DNA from: the human T2T-CHM13v2.0 reference genome, Homo sapiens
DNA: 64,000 nt
Assembly (NCBI RefSeq): GCF_009914755.1
Contig: NC_060934.1
Strand: one strand, 5' to 3'
The stretch's first letter is position 1. Every line of letters starts with the position of its first letter. The position numbers and the translations under genes were made by a program. Below the pieces are notes generated by a model. The model saw only the letters and a list, made by a program, of their open reading frames with translations, was not told where the DNA came from and made no database searches. Of the stretch, positions 1-13,456 are shown piece by piece.

Positions 1-97
1 TGCACACACTTCAGTCCCCTATTAAAGGAAGCACAAGCCAGAGGCTGGCAGGAGAGGTTAGAGAATTACCTCCCATCTCCTCAGACCCTTCAGGCAC

Positions 98-266
98 AGT
101 GTGGCAGAGTAAATACAGGGCTCAGGCACATCAGAATTCCAGATAATCGATGGCTAACTTCAGTATAAGTGTATCCCATGTAAAATTTGGCACATACTTA
201 CACTAAAAAATATTCAAATTTAATCGGGCATCCTGTATTTTGTATTTGATAAATTTGGTCATGCTA
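98..266. mobile_element. MER53 palindromic hAT MITE (degenerate)
   Basis: Matches MER53 layout: ...AAATACAGG...AGTATAAGTGTATCCCATGTAAAATTTGGCACATACTTACACTAAAAAA...TTCAAATTTAATCGGGCATCCTGTATTTT. Confidence 0.8.
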
Positions 267-399
267 CTCAGGCAGGATCTTAAATGCTGAAGTCCAGGAC
301 CCCTGAGCTGCTTCCAGGGAAAGTCCTCATCAATGACAGAAGCAAGATGAGAGAAACCATAATATGGGAATCATCTGGGCTATATGGGGCTCACACATG

Positions 400-1270
400 A
401 ATGTCCAAACACATGGCATAAAAAGCCTGATCAGGTGCTCAATGCAATTTACACAAAACACTTTTTGAGGGTATAATAGCTTAGATAAAGCCCATTAGCA
501 TCCTTAAATTAATTCTTCACTCGGCATAATAACACATCCTCTCTCCCTTACTTGTTTTTCCCAGGGGAAATATTTGATCACTTCCGTCAGTCACCTGCTT
601 GAATGCCCCGTATACCAACTGTGTGACAGTTATTGATTTTTGATGAATGATACAGCTCTCTCTTCTGGGCTATGACTGCTTTGTTTTCAAACCTTACTTA
701 ATTGTGCGATGATTTTGGGGGGTTTTTTTCCCCTTTCCAGAGAAATAAATGCAAAGTGTTTATTCTCCAAAGGCCGTAAACAGAGCTTGCGGGTCTGGTT
801 TCTATGACAACCCCACTTGATACAGCAAACCTAGATTATCTCTAATGACAGACATGAAGTTTAAATTGCACATTCTGAACAAACACTGCTCTGCTGACCT
901 TTTATTGAAAAATGGAATACAGGGTGATTAGCATAATGTGTTATATAAAAAGGAAAAACGTGTATTCGTGGGCATTATGCACCAGCGATTAGCCGCACTG
1001 CTAGTCTTTAACAAACTGCTTGCCGGGATGGAGAGCTTGGGAAATTAAGATTTGCCATCTATCATTTTCAAATTCAGTAAAATCTGCAGCAGTAATTGCA
1101 CTAAACAGTTTTCAAATAACACATGCTGCTGTTTCTCTTATTCAATTGAGTCTTTTAGCAGGGGAGCACAGAAGGAGAGGAAAATTTTACCCATTGTACA
1201 AAAAATAATAATCGTTGGCTCCAATAGCTAGTCTGAAACAATCTCTGCTTCTTAATCCCCTAATGCAATT
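400..1270. promoter_or_regulatory. Repeat-free AT-rich segment, candidate conserved non-coding element/enhancer
   Basis: No recognisable repeat; many TAAT/ATTA cores, POU-like ATTAGCAT (~494, ~927), SOX-like CATTGT (~1192); inference only. Confidence 0.4.
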
Positions 1271-1439
1271 CCTGGAGGAAGCCTAGGGCCTGGTGTAGCC
1301 TGGCAGCTACCTCCTGGAAACTGCTCATTAGCAGTGTGGTGCAGTGGGGGTCCTGGGTGGTTAACCAGAGGTGGGGGCTAAGCGTGGTCCACCCGCAGGT
1401 TAACTGGGCCTGCTCTTAGCAACCACAAAATGAAGGGTT

Positions 1440-1610
1440 GGAGAGTTTGGGCTCTGAAGTAAATGACCTGGTTCAAATCCTAGCCTTTCCTCTAGCCTCC
1501 CTATGGGCAAATTACCTAGCCCCTCCAAGACCCAGGTCCCTTGTCTACACTATGGGAATGAGAGTAATAGGTCCCACTTCACAGGATCATTGCAAAGATG
1601 GAAGGAAGCA
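1440..1610 (+). mobile_element. MIR SINE
   Basis: GACCTGGTTCAAATCCTAGC...GGGCAAATTACCT...ATGGGAATGAGAGTAATAG core. Confidence 0.7.
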
Positions 1611-1927
1611 ATACCCAAGAGCGGGCAGGGCCAGCCCCCAATGACCATTAGCCACTCATTGCTCAGAGTTCAAGTTCTGTCTTCTATTTCCATGAGAGTG
1701 TGTTCATATCAGGACTTCGCCGACTGGTACTTTTGAGCACTAATGAGATAATATGGAATGATGGAAAAGAGCATTTGCTTATTCCTTCAACCACATTTAC
1801 TGAGCACTGGCTCTGCAGGAATGCAACCCTGAATAGGACAAGGTCAGTCAGGAGCCGCCACCAATGCTCTTAGCTGTGTTACTTTGCACTTGTCATTTCA
1901 TCTCTACGAAGAAATAATATTTACCAT

Positions 1928-2015
1928 TTGATTCTCATAACAACCCTGGGTGAAGGAGGTCATTTTACACATGGGAAAACTGAGGCTTGGAGTCACGAAG
2001 AGGTGGCCAAGTGGG
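1928..2015 (-). mobile_element. MIR fragment
   Basis: ATTCTCATAACAACCCTG...CATTTTACACATGGGAAAACTGAGGCT. Confidence 0.7.
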
Positions 2016-2754
2016 GTGCACTGGAGTTTGTCATGGTACCTTTGAGTGGTCAGAATGCCTTGTCACAGATGCTGTCACTTGACCCCCAGCCTAACAGGGC
2101 AGGTCACAGACTGGCCCAAGTGTCCTTGGCTGCCCTGCAGGTGGGGATGGTCTCAATGTCCAGACACCACCCTCAGGGTCTCAGCCTCACCTTGAACCTC
2201 TGTCCTGGGTGCTCCCAGACATTCTTGTGTCTCCCATGGGCTTAGGCACAATCTGTCACCTTTCTCCACCCTGGCCTCCTCACTGCAGCCCACAAGCCAC
2301 TCGGGTGACAGGCTTCACCTGCCCCTCGTCATAGTGCTCAAGACGTCATCTCTCAATGTGCCCAGTGCACAGAACCTGCCAGGCACCAGCCAGCCCTTGC
2401 TCTCTTGGCCCCTCTGAATCCAGGCTCCAATGGCACAGGGGCCCTCTCAGTCGGGGTCACACATGGTCCCCCTGCAAGCAGATGCCTAAGCCCTAAATCT
2501 CACAGTGTTTCACCAAAGCAGCTACTTCTGTTTCCTGCTTCTAGAAGGGCTCAAAACCAGCTGTTCCATCCAAGGGCTGGGGGAGACAGACAGCATAATC
2601 CCTCCCCAGTGTACATCTCTGCCCCAGGCACACCTCAAAAGAAGCCTTGTTTCTCTTCCTTCCACAAAACAGAAAATATCCTTCATGCATAATTTTTTTT
2701 TAATTTCCTACCTCAAAGCCAAATGGCCCTTGAGCTGCAGGGCTATGTGGCTGC

Positions 2755-2895
2755 ACTATTGTTATCCCCATTTCTCAGAGGAGATGTGAGGCTCAGGAGG
2801 TCACGTGGCTGCTCAAGGTCACACTAGACTAATAAAGGGTACAGCCAAGGCCTGAACTTACCTGAGCTGACCCCAAACCCAAATCCAGTGTTCTC
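2755..2895 (-). mobile_element. MIR fragment
   Basis: ATTGTTATCCCCATTT...TGAGGCTCAGG...CTCAAGGTCACAC. Confidence 0.7.
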
Positions 2896-3966
2896 TTCTC
2901 AGCCTGTCCTTCGATGCCGATATGAACTAAAGTGACTGAATTCCATCAGAGGTTTGAATCGCACAAACCTCCAATCTTTCAGGGTCATCAACCACAGTTA
3001 TTGTAATAGGCTGTGCTTCTTCTAAAAGCACAGAGTCTTACTCACTCTGACAATTGCTTATCCTTGGAGCATAACTGCAAACAAGACCTAAATCTGCAAA
3101 TTGTGTCACTTCCAGAGCAGCCACAGGTCAGCAGATGACCTGACAAACAGGCTGTCACAAATGGCTTCCAAGGTGGGCCAGGGCTAGTGTCATGGGCCCT
3201 GATCCCTGTCCCTTAACTGTGAGCCCTCCACTGGTGTCACCTGAAGTGCCCCCGCCCACACCATCCCTTTGTTTATTAGAGACATCCATCTCCTCCCAGC
3301 AAGTGAGAGGCCACTAGCTACCCTCCTAGGTAACTCCATTATTCCCAGCTCCTTGAGCAAACCCTCTTCATCACTGAGAAAACACAAACTTTTGCTAGGA
3401 AGTTGGGGTGAGACCACATCTGGCTTTGGGTCAGGTTTTCCAATTAGTAGCCAGATGTGCACAGCTCAAGCCCCAACCAGCTGCACTTGAAACACACCAG
3501 TTCTGTTAAAGGGCAGACAGTGCAGCCCATTCTCCCCATCATGGGAGAAGGATAGAGCTGCGATTCAGAGTCCCTCATTGCCAAGAAGCCACAGCCAGCC
3601 TTCCTGGAAAGTGACAGAGAACACAAGGCTAGTGTTTGCTCCAACATCTGGCAGCAGATGTAAGTGGAGCCCTGTTTCTGAGAAGAGCAAGAACCGGGGA
3701 GGAGAGAGAGAATGTTGGCTGCTCCCTTCCTAGGGAGGACAAAACTCATCCACATCCCAGCATTCCAAATAGAGTATGGACAGAGAAAAACACTTCACAG
3801 AGAAACCTGGCAGGCGCCCCTGAACCAGGTGAGCCCCTGGTTAACATCACTAGTGATAAGGCATGTTGATATCTTGTACCCCTGTGATACGATGCACTGA
3901 AGACATTTCCCCTCTGTGAGCTTCTTCCCCAAATCCAATCCTCAGTCTACATATCAGAAAACATCA

Positions 3967-4263
<297 letters not shown>

Positions 4264-4381
4264 TTAGGTCAACTCAAACTGAGAAACATTCTATTCAACA
4301 CCTGACTGCTCCTCTTCAGAAGTATCCAGGTAATGAAAGGCAAGGAAAGATGGAGAAACTATCACAGATCAGACGAAACTA

Positions 4382-4573
<192 letters not shown>

Positions 4574-5129
4574 CTAAAAGCAATGTGGGATCCTAGATTA
4601 GCAGATTAGCTCCTGGAACAGAAATGGACATTAGTGGTGAAAACTAGAGAAATCTGCATCAAGTCTGTAGTCAGTTAATAGTAATGATATACCGATGATC
4701 ATTTCTGAGTTTTGATGAATGCAGCATGCTATGTAAGATGGTAACATGAGACTGGGTGGGGGTGGATAGGAACTCTCTGCATAATCTTTGAAACTCTTGG
4801 GGAAATCTAAAATTATTTCAAAATTAAAAGTTGTAAAACAAACCCCAAAAACGAAGCAAATGCTTTTTTCCCCCTTAATTTTTAAAAACGCCTTGCCTTC
4901 TCATAACAGAGCATCAGGGCAGGCATCTGACAGCCTGGGCTCCACAAGAAAGCCCTCTGCACCTTTCCCTTCCCTCTGCCTGTGGCTTGTGCCTTCCTAT
5001 CTCGATTGTCCTATGCTCCTTTGGCACTTGTCAGTCCAACCTGCCCATCCTCATCAGCTGCTTTCACCTCCCATGCCCTCTTCCACAGGCGACAAAGCCC
5101 ATCTTTCAGGAAGAGACAATGCCCCCTTC

Positions 5130-5600
5130 TCAGACTCCAGGGTTCAGTTCTTAGGAGCTGATCCCATCCCCCATGGTGGGCAGGTCCAGGACCTCACTTG
5201 GCCAGTCAGCCCACTACCTCTGCAGCCTGGCTTTTGGGATTGGTTCAGAGATGGGTCCTTTACTCAGGACTTTGAGAGTGAGGACCGGAACTTGTGCTAA
5301 AATTACTGGAAAAGAGGCATAGTCTTTCTGTTGGGGTTGCTAAGCAGGTGGAAAATAAACCTGGGACTGGGGTAGGGGGCACCAGGTGAAGAACACCCCC
5401 TCTGTCTGAGAGTGAAGCCAGCCACAAGGAAAGCAGAGCTGGGTGACGGAAAGAGATGCAATGACTTTGCTTGAGCCCCTAGGATCCAGCTGTGCCTCAA
5501 GCTGGCACCCTCATCAGAACTTTTCTGTTGCATAAACTGGTATTTCCCTTTTTGGTTTAAACCAAAACTCCAGCTGAGTTTCTGTTGCTCACAACCTCCA
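5130..5600 (+). mobile_element. Old MaLR LTR (MLT1K/L-like)
   Basis: GATTGGTTCAGAGATGGG; 3' end TTTCCCTTTTTGGTTTAAACC...GTTTCTGTTGCTCACAACC. Confidence 0.6.
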
Positions 5601-5709
5601 ATGTTAAGCCTCCCCTGGTGGCAAACTGTGAGTCTCTCCTCCTTCACCAGCTCCCACTCCTTTCTTCCCCAGGCCCTGGGACCAACTCTGCCTGAAGCAG
5701 GAGGGAAGA

Positions 5710-6070
5710 ACAGGCTCCAGCCAGCCTCCTGGGGTCTGACCCCAAGATAAGGCTGTAAGTGCCAGGAGTTTATTTGGGAGCTACTCCCAGGAAGCATAGC
5801 TGAGGCAAAGAGGCAGGAAGGCTGTGTTCCAGAGCAGGTTATTGCCTGGCAAGAGGGGCCCAAGCCTGCTGGGGACCTCCAGGAGATGGCACAGACCACT
5901 CATCAGTTACCCTCCTGAAGGGAAGAAACCTGGGGGTAAGGGCATGTGGTGGGGGTGGGGGGTTATACACCAAATTTCATCCATCCTGGGTTGAGGGCTG
6001 CTCCTGGAGTCATTGTTCATCTGTTAATGTCTCAGAGCACATGCCCAACAGAGCAGCAGGTGCTTCCAAG
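5710..6070 (-). mobile_element. ERVL LTR (LTR33/LTR16-like)
   Basis: AGTTTATTTGGGAGCTACTCCCAGGAAGCA hallmark. Confidence 0.6.
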
Positions 6071-6761
6071 AAAAGGACTCACCTGCGTACAATGGAAAGG
6101 TGAGTGCACAGGTGAGATGGCCAGGGACCAACAGCTGCTGCGACATCTGTGGACCGTATCAAGGACCCTGGGCTCCTGGTTTCCTGCTTGGTTCTCTAGC
6201 CTCTGGGGAGTCCCTCTGGTTCCCCTCCCCAATTCCCAGGCCTGTGCTCTGCCTTCCCATCAACACCCTGGATCTGCTGTGACAGTCACTTGGGACCATG
6301 CCCTGTGGACATGGGCACACATTGTTCATATGGACTCCCTGTTCCAGCAGCTCAGGCCCCACCCCCAGCTGGAAACTCCAGTTCCAGGGTGGCCCCTCCA
6401 GGTGTCAGTGGAAAAGGCATCTGACAGCAGCATGGTGACTTCCTCTGAAGCCCGACTGCTCATACCCACCTGAAGCCGCACAGCACAGATCATAAAAACC
6501 AGGATGGTGCAGGCACACAGACCCTGGGGTTAAACCCCAACTCACCCCTGGCTTGCTGGGCCATTTAACCTGGGAGAATGATAGACCCCAGTGCTCAGGA
6601 CTGCAGTAAGGTTCCATGAGATGGTGTCTGTGACTCAGCCAGCATGCAGTAGACACTCACTGGACACAGTGGCATCGCTGCCAGATCTTGGAAAGTAGAG
6701 AAAGCCCCTGGGATGGTTACAGTAACTCCCAACCCAGAGCCACCTGCTACGGATGGGTTTT

Positions 6762-7218
6762 TGTTATGGTTCAAATTATGTCTCCCAAAAAGATACATCT
6801 TAACCTCCACTACCTTGAAATATGATCTTATTTGAAAATAAGGACGTTGCAGATGAAATGAGGTTAAGACGAGGTCACACTGGAGTAGGGTGGGCCCCTA
6901 ATCCAATATGACTGGTGTCTTTATAAGAAGAGAAGACACACAAAGACAGACACACAGAGACAAGACAGCCCGGTGAAGACAGAGGCAGAGATTGTGTGAT
7001 GCCGCCACACACCAAGGAACACTCAGGACTGCCCACAGCCGCCAGAAGCTGGAAGAGCAGGAAGGATCCTCCCCTGCAGGGTTCAGAGGGGGCACGGCCC
7101 CGCAGACACCTTGATTTTGGACTTGTAGCCCTTGGAACTGTGAGACAATCAAGTTCTGCTGTTTTAAGCCACCCAGTTTGGAGTACTTGGTTGATATTAG
7201 CTCTAGGACACTAAGACA
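6762..7218 (+). mobile_element. MLT1C-like MaLR solo LTR
   Basis: TGTTATGG...CCCTAATCCAATATGACTGGTGTC...TTTAAGCCACCCAGTTTG...CTAAGACA. Confidence 0.9.
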
Positions 7219-7389
7219 GATTTTCACTGATCTCTTTCCAGGTTTCCAAAGGTAGATTTAACCATTTGAATGGAAACCATGCGCCAGCCACTTTTGTGGG
7301 GGGTTTCCCAAAGTGTGTTCTGGAACTGCAGGATGTCGACGGTTGTTGATGGTTGACCTGGAAAAATATGTGAAAAGGGGTTCTGTGGT

Positions 7390-8113
<724 letters not shown>

Positions 8114-8789
8114 GTGGTCAAGTAATCAGGGAACAGTTGAACAGTTTCTTGCACGACTTCTCAGGGCCTTTAACATGCTAGTGTGTCTTGTGAATACCCA
8201 TGAGCGGATACAGGAATGGTTGTCCTACTTCTATTTTTTTGTTTTTTTAGTTTTGATTTTTTATTTTGTCCTAAATTTATGTAACCACAGAAGCCTCTTC
8301 TCAGAGCCTCTGGTGGGATTTGCCTCTGTAGAGTGGAGCTGGGAAAATCCTGCAAGAGCGAGTCCAGTGGTAACAGAGGAAAAGGCCCATGTTCAGGGAG
8401 TTTGGAGCTCCCCATATGGAAGATGCATTTGCCTCCCTGTGGGATAACCTCAGGGCCACTTTAGGTTCATGGGGCTGCAAGCTGGTGCTCTACAGATCTG
8501 CAGCAAGAGTGTGACTTCCAGTCCTGTGTTGCACTGAATTCCAGGGACCGCGTGTGTCCCCGTTCCCCTCCCCAGCCACCCCCCACCACCCCCCATACAC
8601 ATAGTTGGCATTTAACCTTGCCAAATATCTTTGGTATGGCAATAGAATGATCTGGCTCCTAAAGAAAGAAGTCAGAGTTCAAAATGCTGAGTCATTCACC
8701 ACGAGAGCAGTGCCTGAGGAGAAGTAGGTCAGCCTGGGCCGAGCCTCCCCACCCCTCCTTGGCATCAAAAGCACCCAGCACAGTAAAGG

Positions 8790-8915
8790 CAGCTCACACA
8801 TGGCCGGGGCTGTTCTACAGGCTCTATCTGTATCCACTCTTTAAAGCCTCATGACAATGCTACAAGGGGTAACTGTGAGTCTCCTGAAATTCCAGATAGG
8901 AAACTGAGGCACAAG
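8790..8915 (-). mobile_element. MIR fragment
   Basis: CCTCATGACAATGCT...CAGATAGGAAACTGAGGCACA. Confidence 0.6.
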
Positions 8916-9034
8916 GAAGGGAGGAGGGATGGACCCCCAGCAACCCGGCCACATCCCTAACCAGAAACAAAGGATGGATCATCCTAGACACTGCAGCAAA
9001 AGACAAGAGTTAACCACTCATTCCCCAAACACAG

Positions 9035-9395
9035 GAGCAGACCCCACCCTTGAGAAGCTTGCACTGATGGAGACAGACAAGCAGCACCCCCACGGCAACA
9101 GCAGTGGGCAACAACCTGCTAGGAGGAGGCCCGATGCCATGGGAGTACCAGTAGGGGTACCCCGCCTGGACTTTGGAGGTGGTGGTACTCAGGGAGAGCT
9201 TCCTGGAGGAGGCAGTCTCTAAGCCAGGTTCTGAGAACAAGTGGGAGTTAGCCAGGTGAAGTAACTTTAACATGCTAGTGTGCCTTGTGAATACCCATGA
9301 GAGGATACAGGAGTGGTTGTTTCAGCCCAAGGATGCACCTGTGCAGAAACTTAGAAGCCAGGAGACAGCAAGGGCCTTTTGGGGAACTTGGGGAG
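9035..9395 (-). mobile_element. L2 fragment carrying a 56-bp foreign insert
   Basis: GCTTCCTGGAGGAGG...GGAGTTAGCCAGGTGAAG is typical antisense L2. Confidence 0.6.
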
Positions 9396-9459
9396 GAACA
9401 GAGTAAGAAGCCGAAGCCAGCTGCCATCAAGGAAGCTCTCTGACCCACAGCCACGCTGT

Positions 9460-9665
9460 AAGTTGGAAAGTCTGGATTCAAATCCTGACTCCATTTATTC
9501 CTAGCTGAGTGACCGTGGGCTGTTAAACAACCTTTCTGGGCCTCAGCTTCCATATCTGGAAAATGCAGAAAGGAACAGTACCTTCCACACAGGGCTGTTG
9601 TGTGGGTGAAAGGATCTGCTGTGTATCAAGCACTTGGCCTAGGCATAAGGAAGCACTAAGTGGTG
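9460..9665 (+). mobile_element. MIR
   Basis: CTGGATTCAAATCCTGACTCC...GGGCCTCAGCTTCCATATCTGGAAAATG...AGTACC. Confidence 0.8.
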
Positions 9666-11279
9666 TCCACATCGTCATTGGGTAGGAGTCAGCCCAAGCC
9701 CTCCAGCAATTCAGCAAGAGTTACACAAAGTTACATTCAGTCCTGCAGAGCAGGTCCAGCTAAGTACAAAGGCAGGCTTGGGGCTTCCAGGAAAGGGGAG
9801 AAGCAGCCGGTGAGACCACAGGAACATCCGCCCTCCCCGCCCTGGCCCCAGGCCTCCGGGTTGCCTCCTCCTTCCCAAGGTAAGGCCCTGCCAAGAAATT
9901 CCACTGAAATTCCAAGAAAGTTCACTTTGAGTTTCACCCAGTCCCTAAATGGAAACACGCATGCGCACGTGCACACACACATGTGCACACGCACACACAG
10001 CATGAGGGGAAACCTAGAGCATCTTTATTTTATCCCCACCATGAAGCGGACTGGTTTGGAAAAGTACCCTGCCTGCCTCTTCATGGGGCTGGGTGTGGTC
10101 CTGAGCAAGATGGCAGGAGGTGGACGTGAAACCCATCTCTTCCCCCGCCGTGGGGACATCATTTCTCATTGGGAGTTGGCAGAAGGAGCTGTGATAAGGG
10201 GCGTCCTCTCTCCAAGCCTTGGGGATCTGGAAGGGATGCAGGTGATTCCACCCATAAAAAGCATCCTGGCAGATCCCCAAGCTGGGCCACCTGCATCTGC
10301 AGCATTTCTCATGAGGCCTCCTCATGTAGATTCATGGAAAACTTGGTAGGGTACTTTTCAGGTGGACATTTGACTATCTTAAGCAGGTGCACCCCTTTAA
10401 AATGGGATCTGGAGCCGATTACCCCCACCCTGAGTGAGAAGTGCACCTGATGGGGGAACTTATCACCCGTGGCCTCAGATTGTTAAGCGACAGCTCCAGC
10501 CCCTTGATCTTGGTGTGCCCTCGGCTCTCCAGACTGGTAGCTTTCAGGTCAGCAGCAGCCATGGGGAGGAAGTGTGCCTTATTCTGGTTTAGAAAGCACT
10601 CTGGTGCTTCAGCTTCTGAGCACCTATCCTTTAAAATGCCCCCTGGTTACAATAAATTGTACAGAAGAAATGTTGTACTTTGCAAAAGAACTTTTTAATC
10701 TCATTTAAAAAAATAAAATGACTCGCTGACTCATGAATGCCACCAACCCCCTTAGTAACACCAGGATTTGGAATTGTGCCTCACCTGTCAGCAGAGGAGA
10801 GGGGATGCTGAGGAGAAAGGTGAGAAATGTCCAGTGAGGTTCCTGAAGCCTGGACCCCCAAGCACCCCCTCGCTCTGACCTCTGACCCCGCAACACAGGC
10901 TGTTCCTGTCCCATTCCACGCTGAAAGAGCTCACTGAACACCTGCCTCATTCACCGCCCTACACCTTGCCTCTGCTTGGCCTTGACAGACACTAAGACAA
11001 GTCCCCTCCCATCTGCCTCACGGCCCCCACCTGACCCCCTGCCCCTCCTCTAATCCATCACTGAGATTCATTCCAACAAAGTGCAAGGACACTCACCACC
11101 CCAATGCTTGCCTCACACTGGCATTCAAGGGCATCTGCTCCAGGGGCCCAACAGGATCACTGGCGAATGGAAGGTGACAGACAGGGAGCCACACCCGGTT
11201 CTCAGGTCCTGTAGGGTTCTCAGGAGCCTGTGAATGGAGGGCAGGGGAGTAGTTCCAAGAAACTGAAAAAGCCCACTGT

Positions 11280-11540
11280 ACAAAAACAAAAAGAGTACTT
11301 ACTGGAAGTTTCCATTTATATAAAAGTCTAGAAAATGCAAATTAATCTAACAGTTGCCTGGGGTGGGAGGTGGGACAGTAGTGAGCACAGGGGCATGGGG
11401 AACCTCTTGGGGGACTGATCTGTTCATTATCTTGACAGCAGTGACAGTTGCATGGTTGTGTACATGTGCCAAAACTCAAATTACACACTTTATGTGCAGT
11501 TTATTGAAGTCTATCACACCCCAGTAAAGCTGTTTAAAAA
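11280..11540 (+). mobile_element. L1ME/L1MD-type 3' end
   Basis: TTCCATTTATATAAAAGTCTAGAAAATGCAAA...TATGTGCAGTTTATTG...CCCCAGTAAAGCTGTT. Confidence 0.75.
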
Positions 11541-11671
11541 CTGATTATGTAGAAGGCAGGTGTGTCTGGAGCTCACAGAAGGGAGGGGATAGTCAGAGAT
11601 GAGGCCGGAGGAACAGGAGGGACCAGCTCAGTGTGCTTTAGAGACCCCTGGGACTAGGCTTATGAGCAGCG

Positions 11672-12640
11672 TTGCAGTTTTCTACGATGCAGTAAGAAAG
11701 GGACCACAAACCATGTGGCTTAAGTGACAGAAATTTATTGTCTCCATTCAGGAGATGAGAAATCCAAAACCAGAGTGTCATAGTGTCAGAGGCGTTTGAA
11801 CCAGAGTAACTCCATCTTGAATAGGAGCTGGGTAAAATATGGCTGAGACCTGCTGGGCTGCATTCCCAGGAGGTTAGGCATTCTTAGTCACAGAATGAAA
11901 TAGAAGGTCAGCACAAGATACAGGTCATAAAGACCTTGCTGATAAAACAGTTTGCATTAAAGAAGCCGGCCAAAACCCACCAAAACCTAGATGGCCACCA
12001 GAGGATGACCTCTGGTCGTTCTTGCTGTACTCCCACCAGGGCCATGACAGTTTACGAATGCCATGGCAACGTTAGAAAGTTACCGTATATGCTCTAAAAA
12101 TGGGAGGCCTGAATCATCTACCCCTTGTTTAGCATATCATCAAGAAATAACCATAAAAATAGGCAACCAGCAGCCCTTGAGGCTGCTCTGTCTATGGAGT
12201 AGCCATTCTTTTAATCCTTTACTTTCCTAATAAACTTACTCTCACATTACAGACTACTTGCCCTGAATTCTTCTTGCGATAGATCCTACAACCCTCTCTT
12301 GGGATCTGGATCGGGACCCCTTTCCTGTAACAATAGGATTGGCTCCTTCTGAAGGCTGTGGGGAGAATTCCTTCCAAGCTTCCCTCCTAGCATCTGCGGG
12401 GGGCTGGCAATGTGTGGCATTCACCCCATTTCTGCCTTCGTCTTCGTGTGGCCTTCTCCCTGTGTGTGTCTCTGTCCAGATTTCCCCTTTTTATGAGGTT
12501 CACCCTAATGCAGAATGGCCTCATCTTAATTACATCTGCAATGATCCTGTTTTCAAATAAAGTCACATTCTGAGGTACTGGGGATTAGGAACAAAACATG
12601 TGAATTTGGGGTGGGGTAGAGGAGCACAGTTCAACCTCTA
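11672..12640 (-). mobile_element. MLT1B/C-like LTR split by MER41A
   Basis: GGCTTAAGTGACAGAAATTTATTGTCTC... | ...GTCACATTCTGAGGTACTGGGGATTAGGA. Confidence 0.8.
11784..12332 (+). mobile_element. MER41A solo LTR (ERV1), 4-bp TSD ATAG
   Basis: TGTCAGAGGCGTTTGAACCAGAG...CCCCTTTCCTGTAACA; ATAG at 11780-11783 and 12333-12336; lacks the MER41B GAS block. Confidence 0.9.
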
Positions 12641-13023
12641 ACAGGCCATTTGTGGAATAAAAAAAATAACTGCATAAGAATCGGGGGAGAGTAGGGGAGA
12701 GGCAAGTGAGGAGCCCAAGTCCGAATTCTGCTCCGAAACTCCCCCTGGGAGCCTGGGCAGCCCCTTAACTTCTCCGCGCTGCTGATTTTTCTTCTGTGAA
12801 ATGGGGACTGTGATCTTTGTTTCACTGTTGCCAAGACAGTCCACGCACCCATGAAAAGGGTCCATGTCGGTGTGCTTAGGGCAGGTCCTCTCTGCTCCCA
12901 CCGAACCCCCAGAAGCTCTCGGTTCCCCCACAGCTTCTGAGCTTGTTCCCCAGGTCAGCCTCTTGCTCATCTGCCACCCCGCAGACACTGGGCACCCCGG
13001 GGGAAGAAGGTAAGGTCTCTACC

Positions 13024-13456
13024 TGTCTCACCTGTCTGTGTGAAGAGACCACCAAACAGGCTTTTTGCGAGCAACAAGGCTGTTTATTTCACCTGGGTGC
13101 AGGGGGGCTGAGTCCGAAAAAGGAGTCAGCAAAGGGTGGTGGGATTATCATTAGTTCTTATAGGTTTTGGGATAGGCGGTGGAGTTAGGAGCAATGTTTT
13201 TCGGGCAGAGGGTGGCTCTCACAAAGTACATTCTCAAGGGTGGGGAGAATTACAAAGAACCCTCTTAAGGGTGGGGGAGATTACAAAGTACATTGATCAG
13301 TTAGGGTGGGGCAGAAACAAATCACAATGGTGGAATGTCATCAGTTAAGGCTATTTTCACTTCTTTTGTAGATCTTCAGTTGCTTCAGGCCATCTGGATG
13401 TATACATGCTGGTCACAGGGGATATGATGGCTTAGCTTGGGCTCAGAGGCCTGACA
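13024..13456 (-). mobile_element. HERV-H solo LTR, LTR7B-type, 5-bp TSD CTACC
   Basis: Minus strand starts TGTCAGGCCTCTGAGCCCAAGCTAAGCCATCATATCCCCTGTGAC; internal CTTTGTAAT/CCCCACCCTT repeats; AATAAA-like and TATA (CCTATAAG) signals; CTACC at 13019-13023 and 13457-13461. Confidence 0.92.

Noticed and set aside
98-266. MER53 as a miR-1302-like precursor
   Set aside because: Arms carry a deletion and many mismatches; the hairpin looks too degraded
12085-12125. MER41 as an interferon-gamma/STAT1 enhancer
   Set aside because: The tandem GAS block of MER41B is absent (GGGAGG joins directly to the TGAAT.AT segment), which is the MER41A configuration
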